Assembly: GCF_000400465.1 (NCBI RefSeq)
Contig: NW_008806280.1
Span: forward strand, 20,001-268,000
Source of the DNA: Wallemia ichthyophaga EXF-994
Taxonomy: Eukaryota > Fungi > Basidiomycota
Direction: 5' to 3'
Length of the DNA: 248,000 nt
The translations under genes were made by a program, and so were the position numbers. The notes under the pieces were generated by a model. It searched no databases. It saw only the letters and a program-made list of their open reading frames with translations, and was not told the origin of the DNA. Positions 207,577-219,400 of the stretch are shown here, piece after piece (the first letter of the stretch is position 1; every line of letters starts with the position of its first letter).

Positions 207577-210500
207577 TTATTCTTCCTCGCCGGCGTAAGA
207601 AACATTTGCCTCAGCTGACTCGGCAATTTCATTTGTCTCATTTGTCTCATTTGTCTCACTCTTCAGCTGCTCCTCCGCATCCACTCTAGCTTTCCCTCCG
207701 ATGCTCCTGTTCGTGCGCTTCCTATAAAACAACAAGTACGCTGCTCGTGTTTTCACACTGTCTTTGTCCACCTTGGACACGAACGAGTCGTCGAAATGGT
207801 AGAACTCTTTAGAATCATGGTTGCGTGCGTAAGAAGTGTAGTGTCCACCACCGAGCCCACCGCTGTTAGTCGTTAGATAGTCAATCGTATCATCAACCAC
207901 TCCACCCACTAATGATTGTCGATGGCATACAGATCATACACTGCATCCTCTTCACTGTTCTCAATTCCAACGTCTGCTGGGTTGCCGCCGTTCAATCTAA
208001 TCTCTTTAGCCACTTGCTTCTCCCCAATCCTGTCATCGATATTGAATTCTTCCACAGGGAAGTCAACAAGCTGATCTAATTTATCGCGATTGTATCTCGA
208101 ACTTGCGAATCTTTTGAGGTGAACAACCAACACATCAGGTACTTTCCAGAGATCGAACTTCTTTGTTGCCTGTTGATGCTTTTTACATTTGGAACAATAC
208201 CAAAGGTCTTCTTCACCCAGCTTCTCTTCCTTTGTGAATTCGTCCAAGCAATCCTCAATTGTTATGTTCTTGCTTGGGTTCTTCACCGTCTCTCTCGACT
208301 GCACCATCTCTGGATCTTGGATTATCTCAAATTCTTCCCACTTTTCTGAACTGAGATCATTACCGAACACCTTCTCAGCTACTTCTTGATTCCATTCCAC
208401 TACAATAGCTTCGCCGAATTTTATTAATGAGATACTTTTCTGACGATCACTATCCACTGTCGAATACATTTCTTCGACGCTCTGTGAAGGAGTTGATTGT
208501 ACATCACCACCTTCTTTCATCTTGGAATCACCCTCCTCATCAATTTCCTTCACATCTTCAATATGCTCAATGTGCTCGATGTTTTGAGCGGCTTGTGCTG
208601 ATAAAGATGTAGATTGTAATAACTTCTCAGCGATTCCAGCCCTGACCTTGAGATCTGACTTTTTGTTACGTTCATATTGTGAGTTTCTTCCAGTGTTAAC
208701 ATCTGATGATCTAGAGAGGTAGCTAGAGCTGGATGGGGCTTCTAAATGTCTAAGTGTAACACTATCTCTATTGTCTTTGATCTGATTAAAGGTCCCTTTA
208801 TCTACGACAAAGTGTGCATACCTCTCCATGATAGCTTGGTAAATCTTGTCGAAATTCTGTGCATCAACTATAGGCAAAGCAATCATCATAGGTTTACCAA
208901 AAACATCACCGCTTGAATAAGTCGAAGAGTTGTCTTGGAATGCTGATGAGTATACAGGACATATCACCCAATCAGTTTCAAACACTCTGTTAACTTTATC
209001 CTTTCTATCTTGTGGTATGTGTATTGGTAACTCATAAACGAAGCATATATCACCTGTTTGCATTTCACTGACCAATTCATCGTCTAAGAATGTTTTGAAA
209101 ATATTTCCTTTGTACTCTTCAGCGACCCATAAGTTGGTTGATTCAACACCAGTAAGTGACGACACCTTATTCTTCAAACCTTTGAAAGATGAATTTGTAG
209201 AAAGCTCCAAGTCAATTCTTAACCTCTTTTTGTTATAATCAAATGGAATAAAGTAAACACTTCCATACCATTTTGACTTAATTGGCAGCGGTAACGTCAA
209301 ATACATGAATGGATCAAAAGTTATTGAAACCCTGTCACATTCAGGACAATTGACGGTAGATTTGAATTGACCTTGGAACAAATCAACAATAATACTATCG
209401 TTCCTTTGCTTATATAAGTCCCAGCAAACTTTGCCCAATTTTGCTACATCAACGGCACTACCGCCCTCCCAGTCAGGTATCTCAGTGTATGGCTTTTTCT
209501 TAATTCTGTTGAGATCTTCATGCAAGCCATCTAGAAGAAAAGCCAGAAACTCTTGCGTATCTTGCTGACCATAGCCTGCAAATGATGGTGCAAACTTAGA
209601 CAAGGTGTACTTGAATTCACGGGGTGCAACCGAGGATGAGACGCCGTACCAAAGTTTGTTAATCAATTGACCGAAGGATTCAGCTACTTGGCCTGACATA
209701 CCCAGTGGATTATCTGGGTTTAACTCTTTCTCGAAAAGTCCACTCAAGAAGTAAATACTCAGCTCTGACGTGTTACTCAAGCATTGTAAGGCTGAGTTCA
209801 TAAAGCAAGTGTTGCCCAAATTCTGCAATCCTACCAAACCTTTGGTTTTGACCTTTTGTTGAGATGTTTGTGAACGTGTCATCACTTTAGAGTCTTGAGA
209901 AGGATACTGCTGTTGTTGCTGCGATTCAAGTCTATCAATGAGGCCAGGTTTTCCGAATGGTTGACTCAGCATCTTTTGTTCGTAGTCGTCGTAAACCCAA
210001 TTGCCTAGTTTATCACAGACTTCTAAACAGAATGTCCCACCATCTTCGAGCATTGCTTCATTTATTTTCATGTTACCGTTTGACGTTTCAATGGCCTCTC
210101 TTTCCGAGTTGGGGAGGTAGTATAATGTATCAATCTTGATTGGCGATGAGATGTTGTACGGTACGCGCCAAAGACGTGCTCTATAGGAGATATCTGATGA
210201 GTCGTTGACCATGTCAGGATAGAGCGTTGCGATTGACATGTTGAGTAGCGTTGACAGTGGTGATTCGATTGAAAGGTTAAACTTTATCTCCTGCTCGGAT
210301 ACAACCAACGTAGATGACGATTGCGATTGTGATTCAATAGCTATAATTCTGAATGTAGGCGGGTAAAGTTCAACTCTCTCTGAATTTGCCATTTCCGATG
210401 TCTTAACGACTACACGCTGGATGAGAGGACCATTGTAGCCAAAGCTGATAATTTTATTAACTTGTTGAATCGATATTGATATTCAAAAGCACGTACCATT

Positions 210501-210927
210501 CGTCCAACTTCTTGTTAACGTGTTCCGGAACCATTTCAATATGCTCACCGAGTTGTAGATTTGGTAATAAATAGCAATCATCGGTAATAATTTCAGTTGG
210601 AATTGGACCAATTTCATCAGATATCTCGCCTTTTACGCGTTTTTCTAATAGATCGAGCCAATTTTTAGGGATAACATACCAAATGTCACCTTGCTCTAGA
210701 GGATAGGACAAAGCAGTGTAAATGAGATTCCAAATTTGAGATAAATCTTGAGAAATAGAGAGATCCTGAACGTTGTCTTGGATTGAAGGAGTTGTTGGCT
210801 GCTCAATTTCAATTTGAGCGTCGTCAGCGATTTCACCTTCGCGCTCTTCTGAGTTGTTGCGCTTCGAAGGGCTCTCAGAGTGATGTACACCTTCTAAATC
210901 TCTAAAGCTGCGCTTATTCGATACCAT
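207577..210927 (-). CDS. USP deubiquitinase (Ubp12/USP4/15-like)
   Basis: DUSP; [13 protein letters not shown]; GGGHYT. Confidence 0.9.
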
Positions 210928-211001
210928 CTCTGCGCGCGCGGATGATGATCGTTACGAAGAATTGAGCGGAGTACTCGCGTTTCTCCTAACAGTCATTTAA
211001 T

Positions 211002-211916
211002 ATGGAAGATATAAAGCAATTTTATTTTGAGGGTGAGAATTGCTGTATTCTGATTGGCCGAAGTAAATTTACATGCATTCCAGGCTCACATGAGCAAGTT
211101 ATCGACTCAGTTGATAGTTCAGCACTGGACACGCTCCAAGATCGCATTAATCTCATTTACTCTGTGAGATCTCATATCGCTCTTCAGAAAACTTTGCCAT
211201 ATATCCACCCTGAAGCCATTGAATCACACATAGAATTGCGGGTTTTGGACGCATATACCAACTACATCACCGCTAAAGAACAGACAGAATCTTTGGATAT
211301 CCTCAGGGACTGCTTGATAGAGCTTGAGTCTGAGGAGCATCCGTTTAAAGGTCTTCTCAGTGTTTTGGCTGCCTCAGTCTTCTGGCAGGGTGGTGAAATC
211401 GAAGAGGCGCTCTCAACTTTAGGCGCAGGCCAAGGTGTAAAAGATGTAGAATGCGTAGCTCTTCTTATACAGATCTATATCACCATGAACAGACTCGATT
211501 TGGCGAAGAACGAGTACCAGCACGCTCGTACATGGGCTGATGATAATTACCTCATTCAGCTGTCTGAAGCTTGGTTGGGCCTTGCTGGTGCATCCACATC
211601 CGCGAATATTGGTTATGAACATGCTTACTACATTCTCGAAGAACTCCCAGATAGAGAGAAGCCATACAATAAATTACTCAGAGCGATAGCTCACGCAGCA
211701 CTCAGTCACTTTGATGAGGCGCAGGTTGAGCTTGACGCTCTCAGTCTAGATGACGAAAACACGCTGACTAACACCATTGTCATTTCCACACACTTGAACA
211801 AAGATACCAAGACGCTGATTGATAAACTGCGCTCTATTAACTCAAACAACCCTCTTATAAAAGGATTAGATGCAAAGAGCAACGAATTTGACAGTCTATC
211901 AAAGCAATTTATGTAA
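211002..211916 (+). CDS. SEC28: Coatomer epsilon subunit
   Basis: MNRLDLA; QLSEAW; AYYILEE. Confidence 0.8.
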   Translation: MEDIKQFYFEGENCCILIGRSKFTCIPGSHEQVIDSVDSSALDTLQDRINLIYSVRSHIALQKTLPYIHPEAIESHIELRVLDAYTNYITAKEQTESLDILRDCLIELESEEHPFKGLLSVLAASVFWQGGEIEEALSTLGAGQGVKDVECVALLIQIYITMNRLDLAKNEYQHARTWADDNYLIQLSEAWLGLAGASTSANIGYEHAYYILEELPDREKPYNKLLRAIAHAALSHFDEAQVELDALSLDDENTLTNTIVISTHLNKDTKTLIDKLRSINSNNPLIKGLDAKSNEFDSLSKQFM

Positions 211917-211974
211917 AAGCATCACCAATGACTCAAAAATTTTCATGAATTCAGTTTCTAAAGATTAAAATAGT

Positions 211975-213010
211975 TTACGCGATACCAGCGGCCTTAGCTG
212001 ATTTGAGAATAGCAGCACCAATTTCACCTGGGGACTCAACAACAACTGCACCTGCGTTTCTGAGAGCGTTAATCTTAGTCTCAGCCTTACCGACACCACC
212101 ACCAGAGATGACAGCACCAGCGTGACCCATTCTACGGCCAGGTGGAGCTGAAACACCAGCGATGAAACCGACAATTGGCTTGTTGTGAATATTGTTTTGC
212201 TTGATGTATTCTGCAGCTTCTTCTTCAGATGAACCACCAATCTCACCAATCAAAACGACAGCCTCAGTCTTTGGATCGTGAAGCAAGAGTTTAAGGGCAT
212301 CGACGTGGGTGGTACCTGGGAAAGGATCACCACCAATACCCAAACAGATAGATTGACCCAAACCGACTTCAGAGGTTTGTTGGACAGCTTCATAAGTGAG
212401 AGTACCAGATCTAGACACGATACCGACCTTTCCTGGTGAGTGGATGTACCCAGGCATGATACCAATCTTGCAGCCGTCAGGATTTATGACACCAGGGCAG
212501 TTTGGACCAAGAAGACGAGATTTAGTTTGTTGGCGGAGTACGTGAGCAACCTTGATTTCATCAGCTTGAGGGATACCTTCAGTAATAGCGACGATCAAGC
212601 CGATTTCATTCTCGATGGCTTCGATTATAGCATTGGCAGCGAAAGGAGGAGGAACGTAGAGGACGGTAGCATCAGGTTTAGCTTCACGGGCAGCTTCCTT
212701 GACAGATCCGAAGACAGGTAAACCCAAGTGCTCAGTGCCTGCCTTTGAAGGACTGACACCGCCAACCATGTTGGTACCGTACGAAATGGCTTCTCTGCAG
212801 TGGAAGGTAGCAGTTTTACCTGTGAATCCTTGACAGAGAACTCTAGTGTCCTTATTTACAGCGAGGTTTGGGATGGATTGGTCGTAGAGGTTGTTCGTGC
212901 GTCTAGCAGAGGTGCTAAGAGAGCGGCGACCTTTAAGAATGTCAGCGTATGCTTAAAAAGCCTGTTAATCCACTCACCGACGCTGTTTACAAGATTTTTA
213001 AACATGATCG
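211975..213010 (-). CDS. LSC1: Succinyl-CoA ligase alpha subunit
   Basis: [21 protein letters not shown]. Confidence 0.95.
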
Positions 213011-213313
213011 TTTTGGTGTAAGCGTCTATAGGAGCGGATGGGTTCACTTGCCGTGATTAACCGCAAATTTAACGAGCAGCGTGAGAGTGGATGTACAATA
213101 ATTTGCACCAAGCCAAATAGCGCTATTTGTACTTGAATATACAGCGCTGTGCCTTGTGTACTGTGTGCCCATCAACAATTCGTATAAACCGTATAAATGG
213201 GTTTGAGTATGAGCAAATACTACGCCAATCAAATATCGCTTGCAACTGTATCCCCCACATTCCCCTCGTACCTTCTCACGAATACCATCGCTTTTGAACA
213301 TTTACACCCAGGA

Positions 213314-213694
213314 TGGCCGAAAACGAGACGAACGCCAACGACGGCAAAGTAAATCTCAAAGTCGCTTACAGCCAGGGTATGTCTATAAGATATTCAAATA
213401 CGCGCATATTCTTATTCCACTCTTCTTCTCCCAGGCGGTAGTGAAGATGAAATACAATTCTCGGTAAAGCCAACAACAAAGCTTGGTAAAATATTTGCTG
213501 CTTTCTGCCAAAGAACTGGTCAAGATCAATGTGCGTTTCCTTTGCCCTTTTGCACCTCCTCTCACTCCACCACAGCCACTGTTAGATTCACATTCAACGG
213601 CGACAGATTGGATCCAGACGATACCGTCAAGCAATATGAAATGGAAGACGACGACCAATTACAGGCCCACGTCTCCCAAATTGGCGGCCTTTAA
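213314..213694 (+). CDS. SMT3: SUMO-like modifier
   Basis: Spliced: VNLKV..IQFSVKPTTKLGKIF..FNGDRL..QIGG. Confidence 0.8.
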
Positions 213695-213879
213695 ATTCCT
213701 CACACCATCGATGTCCTCACGCCTAGTGAAAAGTTTCACCGAACGATTGAAGCATTGTGTATAATTAATAAATCTACCATTCCAGCACTCGCCGCTGTAC
213801 ATAAATTGTCCTATTTATCATTTTCCTTGTATGTCTGCTAGCAGCGCAACATAAACTTAAAGTTGTGCACATAAATTCA

Positions 213880-216120
213880 TTCAAGTCGTGCGGTGGTGCT
213901 TAATTAGCACAATCATAAATACGCCTCTACATCGCGACGCGTCATCAGATATTTCAACCGTGATTGTGTTGTAAAGTAATAAGTTATGACAAAAAAATAC
214001 AAAATCAATCCTTCTACGCCTGTAAACTAGTCCAGTATGCATCTTGACTTGGGATCGACGATAGCCCAGTCGTATAAGCCAACTCAATCCCCCTATCGTG
214101 TATATAGTGATCGCTGATTCTGGTCCATGGTCCAGGTATACTGCCCTTGGTTGCATGGTGCGCCTCATAGAAGAGCTTTATCCCAGGCGCAATCGATGAC
214201 TTGCTCTCGTTGGACGTATCCATAATCATCACAGCTTGAACTACATCGAGTATCACCTGGCGCACTCGTCAGAGGTTTAAAGCTGTTAGAGGAAAACTCA
214301 CCTCCGTTAGTCCGATATTATGATTGTTGGTCTCCCAAAGTAATCTTGGTAGGTTGTTGAACCAACCTGTCAACATCTTATCCTGCTCTGAGTTGTTGAT
214401 CAATTTGAATTGCCCCTTATAATCCATTTCATATTGAGTCAGATAGACCCTGGCGATAAATTCCACAGACAACAACTTAGTCTCGGATTTAATACCCGCT
214501 TGAGTGCAGTGGGTGAGTAATGCTTCTAGAATTAATTTCGAAGCGTCGACTGAGTTTGGAAGATTCAATAAAGCCCAGAATGATGATACAAGACACCTGT
214601 ATGTGTCCGCAGTCACTGTTAATCCCATTGGTTGAGCAGCTGTTGTCATCTAGAGGATCATCAGCAAGAGATGATAGATAAGAGAAAAACTGACGTTTCC
214701 ACTTAACATACTGCTAAGCCACTCGCAAACATTATTCATCTGTACTTGAATGTTTTTGTCTAATTTTTGCTCACGCTTGCTAGCACCACTCGAAACTCCC
214801 TCTCTGGATGACTGCGACAACAACAAAGACGAGACTAATTCGCAGTATAGAACATTCAGCTGGAGCATGTACTGATCGACTTCCATTGCTTGCTTTTGAA
214901 GGAAGTCACCGCCAAATGGGAAGTACTTTGACATGTGAGTGAGAATTATACTCAACTCCTTCTCTATTATGTGTCTTTCTGAACAATTACGTAGCAAGTA
215001 GCCGTAAGTTTCCCTACATATTTCCACTACAGCCGTTATTGACTCCAGGTGGATCGAATCCGGGGGTGTATTGGACATGGTAAAGACCGAGGGTGCCGAT
215101 TCAAGAAATACCGAGACGATGACACTAAATAATGACTGAGTCAATGACTATATTATCGTCAGCTACCTATATGTCACTATATGAGACTTACCAAGACGTC
215201 AGCTTCAGCTGGTGTGAAATTCGAAGCTGATTGGGTGGATTCGAGCAACCCAATAGCATTGTTGAGCTCATCGGACGTCAAGCTACCACCAGCTTCCATA
215301 ATTTCAGACTTGTAACCGCTCATACATCCTTTCCAGGCATCATGACTACTATGCCATTGTACAGTTTCTTTACCAGTATCACAGTAAGCAGATCTCCGTA
215401 TACGTTTAACAAAAACGTCGAAAGCCGGCTGAGAAGCAAAAGCGGATGCAAATGGCCAAAGAGGTAGTTTGTCTGAGGCGTCGTTGGAAGAGAGGGCGGT
215501 CTTGAGGAACTTTGAGAGTGACTTGAGAACAACCAATCTAGACTGATGGTGTGTTAGAGTTGTATGTATCGAATGAAATAGCTCACCTTGACACTAAGCG
215601 TGAACATAGCATTGGCGGTAGTGGTGACGGTTGAGCCAGCAGCAGGACCCTTATCGTCGCCCTTTGCGCTAAGCAAAGCCAAGTAGCATTCAATAATCTG
215701 CCTGCCGCCTATAGACGTAGGATTGGTGGAAGAAGAAGCAACTGCCCAGCCATTTATGACGAATTGGGGAATGAAATCGATGAGAATGTCAAGGAACTTA
215801 ATGCTGTCCAATCTAACCTCTGGGAAAATGTGAGAGAGACCAGAAGCAGTGAATAAAAGAAGGATAGAGGAGTAAGGGGTCCAACTTGGCTTAGGGATTC
215901 TAGGAAACAAATCTGAAGCCAGGGAATGGAGAGCTCTACGAACGGCAGCATCTTCATCAACGATAAGCTTAGTGATACCATCGAATATAGATGTTAGATT
216001 TGGGTTTATTGTGCTTGGGTAGCTTGTTATCAATTCGCGAAGACCCAAAACGCCGTCTGGTGGGAGTTGGTAAATGGATTATTGGCTAAAGGATAGAAAG
216101 CCCACCTCTTCTCATATTTG
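213880..216120 (-). CDS. IPI1: Ipi1/TEX10 pre-rRNA processing protein
   Basis: DEDAAVRRAL; LSHIFPEVRLDSIKFLDIL. Confidence 0.75.
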
Positions 216121-216482
216121 GAGAATAATGCTTCAAATGAACCAACAAGTCTTTCAACGTTAAATTACGCTTTGTGTGTGGTTCATTCTCATCAACGTCC
216201 TTGAGAATACTCTGTCCAGGCAAAGCAACGGCTAATGTGGGTTAGATACACACACTATCAGTACACCCAACTGACATCTTGCTTTAAATGAAGTATTCGT
216301 CGAATTCGTTGCCGCCTGCTTCCCTTTACCAAGCTTTGTTTTCTGCTTCTATTTTACTTGTTAAATTATTCAAAATCTCAGGCAATCACAAACTCTGAAA
216401 TCTGGCGCCTGCTTTGGCATCTTGGTGGTTAACACTCAACCATCATCTCCCACGCGTATACCCAATTCTCATTTATCAAAAT

Positions 216483-219400
216483 ATGAATTCGACTCAGCCA
216501 CAGAGGTTAGCTTTTTATTCATTCTGGCCAATCAAATCTCATTTTCCCCTAGAGATGCTCTATCTGGTACTGCCCATGTAGAGCTGCTCGGCAAGTCACT
216601 CAATATAAATCAGCGCATGGGCGTTTTTGGTGGGTTTTATCGGTTCATATGGCAATTCTAATTTCAATTTCAGTTACCAGCAATCCCGGTGAGCCACTCT
216701 CCATTGCATTCCTCTCCTCTCTAACCGCGTACAGGTTACGCCGGTCGCAGTAATTTACCAGACAATCTCAAGAAATTATTCAGATCTCAGGCTATGACTC
216801 ACCCTGATAGAGAATCTATCGCCCAAGTCATGCTTTTCTCGCAAGGTTTCAGATCCGCCGAAAAGCTCGCCTCTAAGATTGTCCCCTTTTTCGTTCTCTG
216901 CGCCGAGCAGCTCTCTCCTCAGCCTCACTATGATTTTGGCCTTCGTGCTCTCAAGGCTGTCCTCATTTCCGCCGGTAATCTCAAGCGTGATCGTATCTTA
217001 TCCTCTGTTGACACCCCCAACCAAGGCGAGAACAGCCTTATCGAACAAGAAATACTTATTCAAAGCGTTACTGAAACTATCGTCCCAAAACTCGTCGCTG
217101 AGGATGTCCCCTTACTCACTAACCTCTTATCAGACGTTTTTCCAGGTGTTGAATACGTACCCGTCGATTTGTCTGCTTTGAAAGAAAAAATTGCTCTTGT
217201 TTGCTCCGAGAGGAAGCTCGTTAAAGGTGACTTATGGCTCACCAAGGTTTTGCAACTTTACCAGATTCAACGCATTCAGCACGGTTTGATGATGGTTGGT
217301 CCCGCTGGTACTGGTAAAACTCAAGCTTGGCAGGTATTATCTCAAGCTTTAGAAAGACTTGACGGCGTTGAAAGCGTTTCTTACGTCATTGATCCCAAAG
217401 CAATGTCCAAAGAAGCGCTTTACGGTACCCTTGATCAAACCACACGTGAATGGAACGACGGCCTTTTCACCCATATCTTGCGCAAAATCGTCGATAATGT
217501 TCGCGGTGAAAGCTCAAAAAGACATTGGATCATCTTTGATGGTGATGTTGATCCTGAATGGGTTGAGAACCTCAACAGTGTTCTCGATGACAACAAGCTT
217601 CTCACTCTCCCCAACGGTGAGCGTCTCAATCTGCCATCCAACGTTAAGATTATGTTTGAAGTCGAGCATCTAAAGTATGCAACTCCTGCAACTGTCAGTA
217701 GATGTGGTATGATTTGGTTTAGCGGTGATGCTGTCACACAGGAAATGTACTGTACAAACTATCTTGATACCCTTGCAAACATGCCTCTCGATGGTGATGA
217801 AGAGACTGGCATCGATATGACAGTGCGGCGTGGCGAGGTTATTTCAAACAAAAACCACCAGACTTCTCCTTCACTTCAACTTCAAAGAAATGTGGTGGAC
217901 ATTCTCAAGCCTTCTTTTCAGCCAGGCATGATAGTAGACAGTGCACTAAAACATGCTGCTACTTACGAGCACATAATGGACTTCACCTTCATGCGCGCAC
218001 TCACTACGCTCTTCTCACTTATCAATAAATCTATAAGAAATGTTATTGATCACAATCTCCAACATTCAGATTTCCCCCTTTCAATTCAACACGTTGAGCA
218101 ATACATCAACAAGCGCCTTTTAGTAGCTATTGTTTGGGCTTTTACAGGCGACACAAAATTAGACCTCCGTCTTGAAATGGGTGACTATTTACGGGGTCTC
218201 ACGACAATTGAGTTACCAATAATTGGTGATGGTATGTCCTTAATAGACTTCGATGTAAACGTGGCTACTTCAGACTGGTTCAATTGGACAGAGAAAGTTC
218301 CTACAATCGAACTAGAGACTCATGCTGTTACTGTTGCTGATGTGGTCGTTCCTACCGTTGATACGATCAGACATGAGGAGGTTCTCTATTCTTGGCTGTC
218401 TGAACACAAACCTCTGATGCTCTGTGGGCCACCAGGATCTGGTAAAGTAAGTATTTTCACCTATGTCAAGATTTATACTAATGTTCAATTTAGACAATGA
218501 CACTCTTCTCTGCATTACGTAAATTACCAGATATGGAAATTGTTGGACTTAACTTCTCATCTGCTACCACGCCAGAGCTCATTTTGAAAACATTCGAACA
218601 ATACTGTGAACTTCGTAAAACACCAAATGGAAATGTATTGGCTCCATCTCAAATCGGTCGTTGGTTGGTGGTTTTCTGTGATGAGATCAATTTGCCGGCC
218701 TTAGACAAGTATGGTACACAAAAGGTTATCTCTTTCCTGCGTCAATTAGTGGAATCGAACGGTTACTGGCGCACATCTGATATGACATGGGTGCAGCTGG
218801 AACGAATTCAATTTGTTGGTGCATGTAACCCACCTACTGATCCTGGACGTGTTCCACTGACCCAAAGATTCCTTAGACACGCACCACTTGTCATGGTCGA
218901 CTATCCCGGTGAAATATCTCTCAACCAAATTTACGGCACATTTAATCGCGCTTTACTCAAGTCGGTCCCTCAATTGCGCGGCTATGCTGAGGCTTTGACT
219001 GGTGCAATGGTTGAACTTTATCTTGAGTCACAGAGAAGGTTTACGGCTGATATTCAAGCTCACTATATCTATTCACCACGTGAATTGACTCGTTGGGCTA
219101 GAGGCATCTTTGATGCGATAAAACCATTAGATACGCTTACAGTTGAAGGTCTTGTCAGAATATGGGCACATGAGGCTCTTCGTCTCTTCCAAGACAGGCT
219201 TGTTGGCGCAGATGAGAGAAAGTGGACAGATGAACGCGTTGATTCTATTGCTTTAAAGCACTTCCAGAATATCGAGAGCGAAAGTGCGCTTTCCAGGCCA
219301 ATTCTTTTCTCCAATTGGTTGTCTAAGAATTACGTCTCTGTTGATCGTGAGGAATTGAGAGAATTCGTTAAGTCCCGTTTACACATATTCGAAGAGGAAG

